Origin: a virus
Taxonomy: Duplodnaviria; Caudoviricetes
IMG/VR virus record: IMGVR_UViG_3300027906_000022
Location: 1-53,892 of that record
Length of the DNA: 53,892 bases
Strand: one strand, 5' to 3'
The notes under the pieces are model-generated. The model made no database searches. It was not told where the DNA came from and was given only the letters and a program-made list of their open reading frames with translations. Positions 28,423-37,662 of this stretch are shown here, piece by piece. A program made the position numbers and the translations under genes. The stretch's first letter is position 1. Each line of letters opens with the position of its first letter.

Positions 28423-30633
28423 TTATTGTATTATTTTTGAAATATCACCAGAATTATTATATTTTTTTATACCTAAATCGTATTGAGCCAATATTATTTT
28501 AGGTATAGGTTTATATTTATGTTTATTACAAGCCATAATAGCTAAACCTGAACTTATAGAAGCATCATGCGAAGTTCTATTATTAATATTAAACTTAGAC
28601 CAATCATTTAATGTACGATTAAAATACATATCTCCATAACCTTGTCCGTTATAACCTATGTATGTTTCTATGTACGATTCGATTGCTGCTGCATGAGCTT
28701 GTTTTATATCTTCACTTGAGTTAGGTATACCACCAATTTCTCTTTCTGTTACAGATAATTTATTATAAATTTTATCAGGACGATTCATAGAAAAACCTCT
28801 ATAACCCCTTCTTTTAAAATGATACAATAATCTAGGTTTGTTATTTTCAGCCAATAGTGGCATTCCATAAAATATACACGCCATTAAAACATCTTCAAAA
28901 AATATCTCAGCCGTTTGAGGTCTAGAGATATATTCTAAAAAGAAATGATTAGGTGGAACATCTGACATACTAAAAGTAGTAAGTCCGTGTAAAGATCCAT
29001 TAGATCCTCTACCATCTACAGTTCCCGATATATCATAACTATCACAACCAAAAGCTCCTAGCTCTTGATTACCAGGATATTTTATCCCATTTTTTGTTAT
29101 GAAATTATTTTGTAAAGACATGGGTGGAACCCAACTTATATAAAACCTTCCACTTTTATTAGGAACAAATTCTACAATAGTATCTTTTATTCCTTCTCTC
29201 CAATTAAAACTTCCTTGAGTAACAACAGAACTATGTTTTATATCTGCATTCCAATCTATTTGTTCATAGATTTTTGTTAAATTAAATAAGGAAGATTTGG
29301 CTTCGTCTCTGAAAGCATGTTCTTCAGTTCGTGGAAATTGTCGATAAAATTCATTTAAAGCATCTTGATCTTGTTTTAAACCATCAACTTCATTTTGCCA
29401 ATATTCGATGACTCCCGTATCAATTTCGACATCTTGTGGACCTTTGATAGATTTAGATGGGGTATCGAAGACAGGTAACCCATAAGAATCAAGGTATCCT
29501 TCGTAGTTCCATTCCATAGGTATGAACAAAGAATATAATCCTGACCTAGTTTGGCCATTGGCGTTTCGTTGAGTAACATCTGAGTCATAATATAATTTTT
29601 TAAAGTTATCTCCTCCTTTGTCTAAAGCATTAGAGGTAGATCCCATCATGCATTTACCTATAATTCTAGAACCTAATCGTAAACATGTTTTTGTAACACG
29701 CCAATTATTTAATATATTGTTTGGTCTCTCCCATTTTCCAGATTCATCATGAACTAATAGCTTGAGTTTTTCACCATCATAACTATTATCCCCTGTATTT
29801 TTCCAGTCAATAGTTGTATCTAATCCTTGAAGTTCATCTGGTTTTTCGTTTGCAATTATTTTTCTTCTTGTAAATTTACTTGCTGGTACTCTATATGCTA
29901 ACTCAGTTTTAGGTCGATCCATACCATCTTGAATCGGTTTAAAAAAGAAAGGATAATTAACTGAAATAGGTACTACTTTATCAGTAAACATTGTTTTTGC
30001 ATCAGGTCCTGTTTTAGATAAGATTCCATATCGTGAGTCGCTGGAAATAGTTGCCAAATTAACAACTTCTCCTGACGCCATGAATGAAAAACCAGACCGT
30101 CTATTTTTGAGGTAGGCCATTCCATAGCAACGTTTGTCCGCTTTACAAGCTTCCCAAAAGATAAAGAATAATCTATTTGCTTCTCTAAAGTCTGGTTTAC
30201 CAACGTCAATTTTGGACCACTGCAAGTACATATAATGAGTGCCAGTGATATAAGTAGAAATATTTTTGTTATAAAAGAAAAACCCTTCATCTCTATATTC
30301 GAATTCTTTATCAATATAATCATACCATTTTTCTTTGAAATCTACATCATATTGTTCCCAATCAAATATAGTTTTAATATGTTTAAATTGAGTCGGTAAG
30401 GGTGTAAATTCCCATGCGTTTGATTTAAATTTATGCACATTTTTAGCTACGGGTAAACCTATAACTAAATTTTGTATTTGTATAATTTCCCCTACTGTTC
30501 CATTTTTACTAATAACAATAAGATCATGTTCTTTGTTATATCCATACTCCCATTTATTATACCTATTCATTCTTTTTAGAATTTTAGGTTTAATATAATC
30601 AGGTAATATTTTATATAAAGTTTGCTCGTACAT
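28423..30633 (-). CDS. terL: Terminase large subunit
   Basis: Walker A-like LKNRRSGFS, Walker B LLVHDESGKW, coupling motif GSTSN, nuclease motifs GCDSYD, AENN and HDASIS. Confidence 0.9.
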   Translation of the reverse strand: MYEQTLYKILPDYIKPKILKRMNRYNKWEYGYNKEHDLIVISKNGTVGEIIQIQNLVIGLPVAKNVHKFKSNAWEFTPLPTQFKHIKTIFDWEQYDVDFKEKWYDYIDKEFEYRDEGFFFYNKNISTYITGTHYMYLQWSKIDVGKPDFREANRLFFIFWEACKADKRCYGMAYLKNRRSGFSFMASGEVVNLATISSDSRYGILSKTGPDAKTMFTDKVVPISVNYPFFFKPIQDGMDRPKTELAYRVPASKFTRRKIIANEKPDELQGLDTTIDWKNTGDNSYDGEKLKLLVHDESGKWERPNNILNNWRVTKTCLRLGSRIIGKCMMGSTSNALDKGGDNFKKLYYDSDVTQRNANGQTRSGLYSLFIPMEWNYEGYLDSYGLPVFDTPSKSIKGPQDVEIDTGVIEYWQNEVDGLKQDQDALNEFYRQFPRTEEHAFRDEAKSSLFNLTKIYEQIDWNADIKHSSVVTQGSFNWREGIKDTIVEFVPNKSGRFYISWVPPMSLQNNFITKNGIKYPGNQELGAFGCDSYDISGTVDGRGSNGSLHGLTTFSMSDVPPNHFFLEYISRPQTAEIFFEDVLMACIFYGMPLLAENNKPRLLYHFKRRGYRGFSMNRPDKIYNKLSVTEREIGGIPNSSEDIKQAHAAAIESYIETYIGYNGQGYGDMYFNRTLNDWSKFNINNRTSHDASISSGLAIMACNKHKYKPIPKIILAQYDLGIKKYNNSGDISKIIQ

Positions 30634-30908
30634 TATTTAGATCTTCCTTCGGCAAAACCTTTAAAAGTTTTCTCTTCTTTAACTTCTTTAGGTTTTTCAT
30701 TTAATATGTCTTCTTCTTCTTGAATTCTGGTAAGAATTTCGAATGCATCAAAGATAGCTAATTTTTTAGTAGCTGCAGCGTTTTTTAATCTATCTGCGGA
30801 AATATCTGGTCCGAAATCTATAATCGGTTCTTTAGCAACTTTAATAAGTTCATTAACCGCTACTCGTCCAGCGTGGATTATATTCTTTTTCGTTTCCTTG
30901 ATACTCAT
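30633..30908 (-). CDS. Terminase small subunit (putative)
   Basis: 91 aa helical protein coupled to TerL; ADRLKNAAATKKLAIFDAFEIL. Confidence 0.55.
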   Translation of the reverse strand: MSIKETKKNIIHAGRVAVNELIKVAKEPIIDFGPDISADRLKNAAATKKLAIFDAFEILTRIQEEEDILNEKPKEVKEEKTFKGFAEGRSK

Positions 30909-31458
30909 ATTTAATTACAATGTCATTTGATTTCATACAATATAATCTTTCATTATCTATTAAAAAATCATATTCTCCGTAAGGTTTATACCCTACAAGG
31001 TCTCCCTCGCTCACTCCGAGGCCTTCTAAGACCTTATTACCTATTTTTAATACCCCAATAAGCTTTTCTTCTTTTTGACTCTTAAATTGACTTTTATTTT
31101 CTATTGGTTTTATAAAACATCTATTGTTAATTGACCGCCAATCACCTTTATTTTTGTATAAATAAATTTGATCTATAGAAACAAAATACAAATTATCTTT
31201 AAAAAAAGCTTTACCATTTTTTTGTTTTCCATCCATACCATACCAACGTCTAAAAACGTTATGATGAATTAAAATAGAATCCCCTACTTTAATAGGTGTG
31301 GTAAAAGCTTTTGGTATTGCAATTACTTTTGCATAATTATTTACAAACTTATGTTTTTCAACTTTAGTATTTAGTATAAGATTTTTATCCCCTACCTTAA
31401 CTTCATTGTTATAAGTTTCGCCTAATGGTTCAACAATAAAATCATATATGCTGTTCAT
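30853..31458 (-). CDS. Tandem GroES-like co-chaperonin
   Basis: Two GroES-like units: FIVEP...AKVIAIP...IKVGDSIL and FIKP...GVSEGDLVGY...YCMKSNDIV. Confidence 0.6.
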   Translation of the reverse strand: MNSIYDFIVEPLGETYNNEVKVGDKNLILNTKVEKHKFVNNYAKVIAIPKAFTTPIKVGDSILIHHNVFRRWYGMDGKQKNGKAFFKDNLYFVSIDQIYLYKNKGDWRSINNRCFIKPIENKSQFKSQKEEKLIGVLKIGNKVLEGLGVSEGDLVGYKPYGEYDFLIDNERLYCMKSNDIVIKYEYQGNEKEYNPRWTSSG

Positions 31459-31685
31459 TAGTACTCTAAATCATACTCAATAGATATTGCCATGTTAGAA
31501 TTAAATTTTTTCCATGGCAATACCTCATTGTTTTTTTTAATGAAAATATTATAAGAATTGTCTTTTTCTTCATATAAGATATGAGAAATTTCATGACCAC
31601 CATATACAGGTTGTGTTACAGCATAATGCATTGCATCATTTTTATAATCAGAACCTATACTGATTTTTCTTATGATGTGATCCAT
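31458..31685 (-). CDS. Hypothetical protein
   Basis: 75 aa, coupled on both sides; IRKISIGSDYK. Confidence 0.65.
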   Translation of the reverse strand: MDHIIRKISIGSDYKNDAMHYAVTQPVYGGHEISHILYEEKDNSYNIFIKKNNEVLPWKKFNSNMAISIEYDLEY

Positions 31686-31942
31686 TATTTTTTCTCTTCT
31701 TCTACTTTTTCAATTGGTTCAAAAGTACCATCTTTTAAGCTTATATTAATAGCTCCGTATTTATCTTCAAGAGTTTTCTTCATTTCTTCACCGTCTTTAT
31801 TAACGTCACTAATTTCATGCAATGCAGCATGTTTTTGTGATTCTAAAGCTCCGATCTGTAACAATAATTTATTTATTGCTTCTTGATGTTCAGTTACTTG
31901 TTTAAACTCTTGTTCGTCTAATTTTTTAATTTCTTCACTCAT
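31685..31942 (-). CDS. Small acidic coiled-coil protein (chaperone-like)
   Basis: Coiled coil ending LEDKYGAINISLKDG; function inferred. Confidence 0.5.
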   Translation of the reverse strand: MSEEIKKLDEQEFKQVTEHQEAINKLLLQIGALESQKHAALHEISDVNKDGEEMKKTLEDKYGAINISLKDGTFEPIEKVEEEKK

Positions 31943-31965
31943 TTTAATTGATTTAATTGTTTAAT

Positions 31966-32148
31966 TTATTTAGTTGATTGTTTAAAGTGATTATCAAAAT
32001 GATATTCTACTTTTTTCTTAAGTTCTGTGTGATAGTTTTCGTCAAGTATCATAGTTAGTATTTTTTTTTCTGCTTGCGTGTAACCTATAGCATAAACACT
32101 AATAATAGTTATAATACTTAAAGTAATTATTTTAAGTTTATTTTTCAT
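31966..32148 (-). CDS. Small membrane-anchored protein
   Basis: N-terminal hydrophobic helix IITLSIITIISVYAIGY. Confidence 0.5.
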   Translation of the reverse strand: MKNKLKIITLSIITIISVYAIGYTQAEKKILTMILDENYHTELKKKVEYHFDNHFKQSTK

Positions 32149-32178
32149 TTTATTTAATTTAATTATATTTAATTTTAT

Positions 32179-32523
32179 TTACCCTTGTGAAAGCCAAGTT
32201 TGTTTTTTATTTCTTTCTTCCATAGTGGTTTCTTTTGTTGGTCTAGCACTAGCCCTTGGGATCCAATCCCACATTGCTTGTTCTCTTTTTAGATTCCAAT
32301 CCTCGCGTCGCGTCCAACTTGACTCAAATTGAGTTTTTCTATTAGAACTTGGTTCTATACCAGGAACTCCAGGACTAATATCTTCATTCAACCATTTATC
32401 ATAAGTAGAAGAAGGAATAGTCCTAGGGCCAAAACCGGATATACCATGTTGAGATTGTGCAGCCCCATGTAATTGAGCTTTTCTTTTTAATCTTTTATTG
32501 ATTTTATTTTTATAAGTGCTCAT
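32179..32523 (-). CDS. Small basic hypothetical protein (GAAQ motif)
   Basis: 114 aa ORF preceded by a late-promoter-like motif. Confidence 0.55.
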   Translation of the reverse strand: MSTYKNKINKRLKRKAQLHGAAQSQHGISGFGPRTIPSSTYDKWLNEDISPGVPGIEPSSNRKTQFESSWTRREDWNLKREQAMWDWIPRASARPTKETTMEERNKKQTWLSQG

Positions 32524-32527
32524 ATTG

Positions 32528-32556
32528 TATAGTTACAGATTTTATTTATTTTTTAA
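32528..32556 (-). promoter_or_regulatory. Putative late promoter TTAAA-N15-GTAACTATA
   Basis: Matches the bipartite motif with a 15-nt spacer. Confidence 0.4.
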
Positions 32557-33007
32557 ATAAACTTGTTGCTTTTTCAGTTGTTCGACCACCGAAATAAGCT
32601 AAAACAACTGACATCATCACTTTCTCAAAAGTATCGTTCCATAATTCTCCTATATGAAAAGGTATAGTTTCTACGCTATCCAATATACCAGCTAATGAAA
32701 ATACTATAATACACCATACTAAAACTAGTGGGCGTACGTTTTTAGAAAGCCACGAATCTGATAAACTATCTGCCTCCCATCTTGAAGTGATAGCATCCAT
32801 TTCTTTATTTTGCTGCTCAAATATAAGTTGTTGTAGTTTTATTTTATCTTCACTACTTACGTTTGATTTACCTATAGCAGCAATAGCTTCTGCAGGAGAT
32901 GAAACGCCACTAATTAAATTACCTAAAGTAGGATTAACTAGTGAGGCAGCACCAAACAATAGTTTACCTACAGTAGTCTCTGCAAATTTCTTTTTTGGTT
33001 TACTCAT
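32546..33007 (-). CDS. Holin (GTA 3TM-holin-like)
   Basis: RWEAD...WLSKNVRP + TM + YFGGRT.EK pattern of the 3TM holin family. Confidence 0.75.
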   Translation of the reverse strand: MSKPKKKFAETTVGKLLFGAASLVNPTLGNLISGVSSPAEAIAAIGKSNVSSEDKIKLQQLIFEQQNKEMDAITSRWEADSLSDSWLSKNVRPLVLVWCIIVFSLAGILDSVETIPFHIGELWNDTFEKVMMSVVLAYFGGRTTEKATSLFKK

Positions 33008-33209
33008 CTAATTTTGTTTCTAAAACTTGGTTTCCGTTTGGAAAAATATAATCATAACCAGGGTACATAATAGTAGTATAACCCCTGTTGTCAACACCTT
33101 TAACCTTATGTTCAACCCCCTTCATAGTAATTTTATTACTAGGAATTAAATTAGATTTATTGTTAACATCAGGACTATTTTTTAAATACCCTGTTTTTGA
33201 TTTTTTCAC
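33000..33209 (-). CDS. Small hypothetical protein
   Basis: GTG start; IPSNKITMKGV...MYPGYDYIFP; coupled to the holin. Confidence 0.55.
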   Translation of the reverse strand: MKKSKTGYLKNSPDVNNKSNLIPSNKITMKGVEHKVKGVDNRGYTTIMYPGYDYIFPNGNQVLETKLDE

Positions 33210-33211
33210 TT

Positions 33212-33703
33212 CTAGTTATCTCCTGGTTCTGGCCATGTTCCACCTTTATTGCTTTTACTGACATTGAATGCTTTAAGATAAGCATTCTTTTGAGCTTCAG
33301 TTTGTGGTATAACACCTTTTGAGATTTCCTTACCATAGTTTGGACCATATGTCTCTAGAGCTTTTTTTCCTTCACCAGTATTAGCTTTTTTAATAGAATC
33401 CCACACACCAGAAACAAAAGTCAAGTTTCTCTCTGATGTCTTTTTGGCCTCTCTAGCTTTGTGTAACTTCTTCCCATGCTCTAATACCGCATCAAGATTA
33501 TAAGTTTGTTGAGCAGCACCTTTACCCATTATTTCATCGACTTTAGCAGCACCTTTTTGGTAACCTGATTGTCTAGCTGGTCCGAAGTTTTGAGTATAAC
33601 CTCTTGCACTACCTAAGTAATCAAGTTGCTTTGCAGCATCTGCTGGGTCTTTTGCATTGACAGCACCACCTTGAGCAGCACCTTTTTTGTTGTTTTTATT
33701 CAT
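33212..33703 (-). CDS. Basic low-complexity protein with repeated KGAA[QK] motifs
   Basis: KGAAQ, KGAAK, KGAAQ, plus GSAR and GPAR variants. Confidence 0.6.
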   Translation of the reverse strand: MNKNNKKGAAQGGAVNAKDPADAAKQLDYLGSARGYTQNFGPARQSGYQKGAAKVDEIMGKGAAQQTYNLDAVLEHGKKLHKAREAKKTSERNLTFVSGVWDSIKKANTGEGKKALETYGPNYGKEISKGVIPQTEAQKNAYLKAFNVSKSNKGGTWPEPGDN

Positions 33704-33713
33704 TTTTTTAATA

Positions 33714-34073
33714 TTAAGTGTTTAATTTGTTTTCTAGTTTATAAGGTTTAAGTTCCCAAGGTTGGTTTGGATCTCCAGAAGCCATCTTAGCGTAAGGATA
33801 TTCTTTTCCTTTCCAATATACAACTTCTTTACCAGCACCGTTGATTCCATAATCTAATTCCCCATCTTTATATTGCCTAACATGTTCAAGTTCGTGAACA
33901 ATAGTTTTTAATTTTTCACCAGGATCCCTATCTTTCGTAAAAGAATCTTCGTTTAAAACAATAACTCCATTTTTAGGTGTTCTAGCGTGAACTTGATCTC
34001 CTTTCATATCTCTTTCAAACATTGAAGTGCTTAAAAGGGCTAAATTAAAAGGAGGTTTTATTTTAAATGCCAT
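33714..34073 (-). CDS. Small zincin-like metallopeptidase
   Basis: TIVHELEHVRQY (HExxH) with downstream PWE; start revised to MAFKIKPPF at 34073 because a separate ORF occupies 34075-34230. Confidence 0.7.
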   Translation of the reverse strand: MAFKIKPPFNLALLSTSMFERDMKGDQVHARTPKNGVIVLNEDSFTKDRDPGEKLKTIVHELEHVRQYKDGELDYGINGAGKEVVYWKGKEYPYAKMASGDPNQPWELKPYKLENKLNT

Positions 34074-34074
34074 A

Positions 34075-34230
34075 TTATTTAATATAAGGAAATTTTTTAT
34101 TGAACCATTCTTTACGATTCTCACATCCACAAGGAATATTAAGACCGTCAGACATTTTATCTACAACGGTCTTAATTCCTGTTTTTTCAGTGAATTTCGC
34201 TATACTGTCGCCAAATCCCCTTGATTTCAT
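34075..34230 (-). CDS. Small CGC-motif protein, 51 aa (not in ORF track)
   Basis: MKSRGFGDSIAKFTEKTGIK...PCGCENRKEWFNKKFPYIK*; fills the gap between neighbours exactly. Confidence 0.75.
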   Translation of the reverse strand: MKSRGFGDSIAKFTEKTGIKTVVDKMSDGLNIPCGCENRKEWFNKKFPYIK

Positions 34231-34235
34231 TTATC

Positions 34236-34688
34236 TTATAAAGTGTTATCTGTTGAGAAAACAGCACTTGACCAGTACATTTGATCATCAGTACCTCTTA
34301 CTCCGCCACCATCTAAACCAAGTTGAGCTGCAGCAGCTACACCACCTGGGTTAGCTGTTAAAGCTTTAACAATAGCTTGAGAAGGCATGTTACCATCTAC
34401 AGTAACTGCAGTTGGATTTGTAGCGGCTGTTTGCGAAATAGATACAGTCAATGTACATATTCTACCTGCTATAGAATCTGCAGGTACAGTTGCGCCATCA
34501 GCATGTCCAGCATTGTAAGTTGCTAAACCACTTTTAAGTGTAATGATTGCGGTGTAAACACCAGCAGCAGTACTATCTGCGATATTTTCAATATCACTTA
34601 CAGGGATAAGTACATCTCTACCTCCCCAATCGCCACCACTCCCTGGAGCTGTAGCGTTTTCAATTTTAAATTTTACAAATTTTGCCAT
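34236..34688 (-). CDS. Putative virion structural protein
   Basis: 150 aa, Ala/Gly/Thr-rich, in the late module. Confidence 0.5.
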   Translation of the reverse strand: MAKFVKFKIENATAPGSGGDWGGRDVLIPVSDIENIADSTAAGVYTAIITLKSGLATYNAGHADGATVPADSIAGRICTLTVSISQTAATNPTAVTVDGNMPSQAIVKALTANPGGVAAAAQLGLDGGGVRGTDDQMYWSSAVFSTDNTL

Positions 34689-34707
34689 AATTTTTGTTTT
34701 TGTTTTT

Positions 34708-34728
34708 GTTGTTGTTGTTGTTGTTGTT
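34708..34728. repeat. (GTT)7 / (AAC)7 microsatellite
   Basis: Seven perfect units in the leader of 34236..34688, adjacent to GTTTTT repeats. Confidence 0.85.
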
Positions 34729-34760
34729 TTATGTGATTTGCAGTTTACTCTGTTTTTTAT

Positions 34761-35225
34761 TTATCTCTTTACATTATGAGTTAATGGGTTAACATATTTA
34801 CCTTTTACAGACCATCCACCTGTACTTGGATCTAATTGTACACCACGTCTTCTTAGATCTCCTTTTGAAAGTACTTTTCCATATTCATTCTTAAAAGTTG
34901 GCGAGAATACTTTTGTTGTACTATTTGTCACCGAAGGGTTTTTTGCAGTTTGCACACTTTTTGCAACTTTTCTACCTAATTTTAGTTTAGAAAGAACACC
35001 TACAGGAGCTATTGCTGTACCAACAGTTATCAAATTTCTTAGCATATTTAAACCACCACTTGTAGCATATTTTACTCCTCTAACAAATTTAGTTAATCCA
35101 CTTGCATCTGGTTTTATATCTCCATGTCTGGCTACTTCCTGATCTCTTTTTTCATTAGTCAAAAAAGCATGTTCATTATGAGCTTGTTGAGGAGCACCGT
35201 AATAACGGTTTGCTTGGAATACCAT
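34761..35225 (-). CDS. Basic hypothetical protein
   Basis: 154 aa ORF in operon orientation. Confidence 0.55.
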   Translation of the reverse strand: MVFQANRYYGAPQQAHNEHAFLTNEKRDQEVARHGDIKPDASGLTKFVRGVKYATSGGLNMLRNLITVGTAIAPVGVLSKLKLGRKVAKSVQTAKNPSVTNSTTKVFSPTFKNEYGKVLSKGDLRRRGVQLDPSTGGWSVKGKYVNPLTHNVKR

Positions 35226-35236
35226 AATATTAATAT

Positions 35237-35479
35237 TTAATGATGTTTTTCGTCATACTTAAGATCACCAGCTAATTTAGAAATATGTTTTTCATCAGCT
35301 GTCATATCTATATCACTATGTCCATGTTTGTCATCATATTTAACATCTTCTTTTAGATATTCCATATGTTTTTCGTCATCATATTTAGTTGCTTCATAAT
35401 TACTAGCGGTTACTTTAGTATGAGCATGTCTTGAGTTACCTGAGTATTGGCCTTTGTGACCTTCTTCGTTTACTGCCAT
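35237..35479 (-). CDS. His/Asp-rich small protein with internal duplication
   Basis: DEKHMEYLKEDVKYDDKH and DEKHISKLAGDLKYDEKH. Confidence 0.6.
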   Translation of the reverse strand: MAVNEEGHKGQYSGNSRHAHTKVTASNYEATKYDDEKHMEYLKEDVKYDDKHGHSDIDMTADEKHISKLAGDLKYDEKHH

Positions 35480-35483
35480 AATA

Positions 35484-35753
35484 TTATTTTTTTAATTTAG
35501 GGTAATGTCTATATACACAAGCTTTAATTCCAGCTGGTCTAGGTGCATTGTGAGCTAGTTTAATAGCAGACTTAGCTCTTTTTTCAGTATTAACAGGATA
35601 AGTTCCTTTTGGTGCTCCACCTGATGGACCACAAAAAGGACCATCTGAAGAGTCATATTTACCAGCGTTACTTCCCCCTGGTTTTTCGTCGTTTTTTGTT
35701 GAACCTACTTTTTTAGCAGCTCCTAACGGATTGTGTTGTTGAATATATGCCAT
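35484..35753 (-). CDS. Small basic protein (FCGP...YPV motif)
   Basis: 89 aa ORF in operon. Confidence 0.6.
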   Translation of the reverse strand: MAYIQQHNPLGAAKKVGSTKNDEKPGGSNAGKYDSSDGPFCGPSGGAPKGTYPVNTEKRAKSAIKLAHNAPRPAGIKACVYRHYPKLKK

Positions 35754-35759
35754 GATTTT

Positions 35760-36326
35760 TTATTTACCTACTATTATATCCGCAACAGTAACTGTATTTA
35801 AAGCTGTTACATAATCTACAGCAACAGGAAGAATAGTTCCTGCTGGTACCGCTTTAAAAGTTAAAGCTTGCGCTGCGATTGGAGCGTCTACGTTTACTGT
35901 ATCAATTACTGCAGTTCCATCACCACCACCACCGGCAACTGTTATTATATCCCCTGGATTATAACCAGAACCAGCCGCATTTATTGCGATTACTGTTATA
36001 GCACCTGCAACAGCAGTTGTATTTACTGTTAAACCAGATGCGTTAGCATTAGAACATGTTGTGGCAGCTCCTGTAGCTGTTGTATAACCTGAACCTCCAG
36101 TAGAAAGTGTTAAAGTAGCAGCAGAATTTAAACTCGTTCCAGGTAGTATAACACTAACATCACCCGCAGCACCTACGTACAAGATTGAACTATTTAAAAA
36201 AGTTCCTAAATTTCCAGTTTGATTCTCATGAACCCAAGCTGGTCTAGGATCTATTGAGGCTATCATTGTTGCTGTTAAAGGCATACCTCTAGATATTATA
36301 CTATCGTTTGTTGGAAATTGTCCCAT
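35760..36326 (-). CDS. Putative structural protein
   Basis: LYVGAAGDV...FKAVPAGTILPV core interrupted by GGSGY/AGSGY repeat insert. Confidence 0.55.
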   Translation of the reverse strand: MGQFPTNDSIISRGMPLTATMIASIDPRPAWVHENQTGNLGTFLNSSILYVGAAGDVSVILPGTSLNSAATLTLSTGGSGYTTATGAATTCSNANASGLTVNTTAVAGAITVIAINAAGSGYNPGDIITVAGGGGDGTAVIDTVNVDAPIAAQALTFKAVPAGTILPVAVDYVTALNTVTVADIIVGK

Positions 36327-36351
36327 TGTAATTTATTTTTTTAATTAATAT

Positions 36352-36567
36352 TTAATCTCTTTGAGCGCATAAAACTGCGTTAAGAGGTTTGTAAGAGGTT
36401 GGAGCTTTTAAGATTTGCATCCCTGTTATTCCAGAGCTTGAACCTTTCCCGTGTGGTCTACCTTCTTGATCTAGTGGCCCATCCCATATATGAGATTCCC
36501 CAACTATACCAACTTTGCTCCCAGGTTTTAATTCTTCCATTGAAGGATCATATTTTGTGTTGTGCAT
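36352..36567 (-). CDS. Small hypothetical protein
   Basis: 71 aa; GIVGESHIWDGPL. Confidence 0.55.
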   Translation of the reverse strand: MHNTKYDPSMEELKPGSKVGIVGESHIWDGPLDQEGRPHGKGSSSGITGMQILKAPTSYKPLNAVLCAQRD

Positions 36568-36584
36568 AATTAATGTTTTTTTTG

Positions 36585-36956
36585 TTAAATAAGTGATCTA
36601 CTTTGTAGGGCCATACTTCTTTCGAATTCATCACCATACATTTGGTTTGCGGTTTGTTCAGCTATTGGATCAAAATTTCCCCCAACAGGTGGTCTTCCAC
36701 CACCCCCAGCATATTGAACATCCGGTGAAGTAGGAATAACTGAAGTATCTCCTACTGGAGATGGTTGAGCTAAATTACCTTGTACCGGTGTTATAGGAAT
36801 TTCAGGACTAGGCATACCACCTGTTCCCCCAAGTTTACTCTCTATGTTATCTAATTTACTTATAACATTGGTTTCAAAACCACTTCTACTTTGACCTGAT
36901 AGTGCTTGTGCAATACGAGAAGTAGCGTGACCAGTTTTTGTTCCAAATATTCCCAT
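36585..36956 (-). CDS. Pro/Gly-rich hypothetical protein
   Basis: 123 aa ORF in operon. Confidence 0.55.
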   Translation of the reverse strand: MGIFGTKTGHATSRIAQALSGQSRSGFETNVISKLDNIESKLGGTGGMPSPEIPITPVQGNLAQPSPVGDTSVIPTSPDVQYAGGGGRPPVGGNFDPIAEQTANQMYGDEFERSMALQSRSLI

Positions 36957-36958
36957 AA

Positions 36959-37405
36959 TTATCTATTTTTATCTTTATTTACGTTTTTTATTGAGGTAAT
37001 CATAACTTTATCAATATATGATTCACCTTTCATAATTTTATTTCTTCTTGAACTAGTAGGTATATCATCTTCTCCAAGCATTATCCTATAAACTCTATTA
37101 ATTAAATGTTTACATTTTAAGGAAGTTTTATAGATATTATATTTTTGTGTAGTTCTATTTCTAGTTCTCCATACTTTTATCCACTCCCCTTTTATTAATC
37201 TACTCCATCTTCTGTTATCCCAACTATAAGAATATATACCCATTTCGAAATCTTTTTTAGAAAATAAATCTATACAATCTAAATAAATTAATAATTCAAA
37301 ATCTGAATCAGTTAGGTTGTTGTTTTTGCAAGCCCATCTGCGTATTATACGGTAATGTTTTAACAAATTGAGATTCTTTAAGTCTCTTGCTTCTAGCCTT
37401 TTCAC
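36959..37405 (-). CDS. Winged-helix-like DNA-binding protein (putative)
   Basis: NNLTDSDFELLIYL...RLIKGEWIKV...YKTSLKCK resembles MarR-type wHTH. Confidence 0.45.
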   Translation of the reverse strand: MKRLEARDLKNLNLLKHYRIIRRWACKNNNLTDSDFELLIYLDCIDLFSKKDFEMGIYSYSWDNRRWSRLIKGEWIKVWRTRNRTTQKYNIYKTSLKCKHLINRVYRIMLGEDDIPTSSRRNKIMKGESYIDKVMITSIKNVNKDKNR

Positions 37406-37662
37406 AAAACAACAACCACATCTTGTTCTTTAATTACGTGGTATATTTTTTCATCTACATCTATTTTATGACCAGCATGTCTATCGTAGTATATTCGATC
37501 ATTTGGTTTTAAAACACTTACTTGATCACCTACGGATAATATACTTGCCTCGACGTATCTAATATCTTCTTTATTTATTTCCCCCAACAATAAACCCCCT
37601 TTTGTTTCAGTGGTTCCTTGTTGTATTTTTTCAATAACTAAACACTTACCTATTGCTTTCAT
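37402..37662 (-). CDS. groES: Co-chaperonin GroES
   Basis: TETKGGLLL mobile loop, SVGDQV, LKPNDRIYY, IKEQDVVVVL; coupled to GroEL. Confidence 0.85.
   Translation of the reverse strand: MKAIGKCLVIEKIQQGTTETKGGLLLGEINKEDIRYVEASILSVGDQVSVLKPNDRIYYDRHAGHKIDVDEKIYHVIKEQDVVVVL

Noticed and set aside
36954-36982. Additional late promoter GTAAA-N15-ATAATTATG
   Set aside because: Two mismatches in the downstream box, which also overlaps the start codon; too weak in AT-rich DNA.
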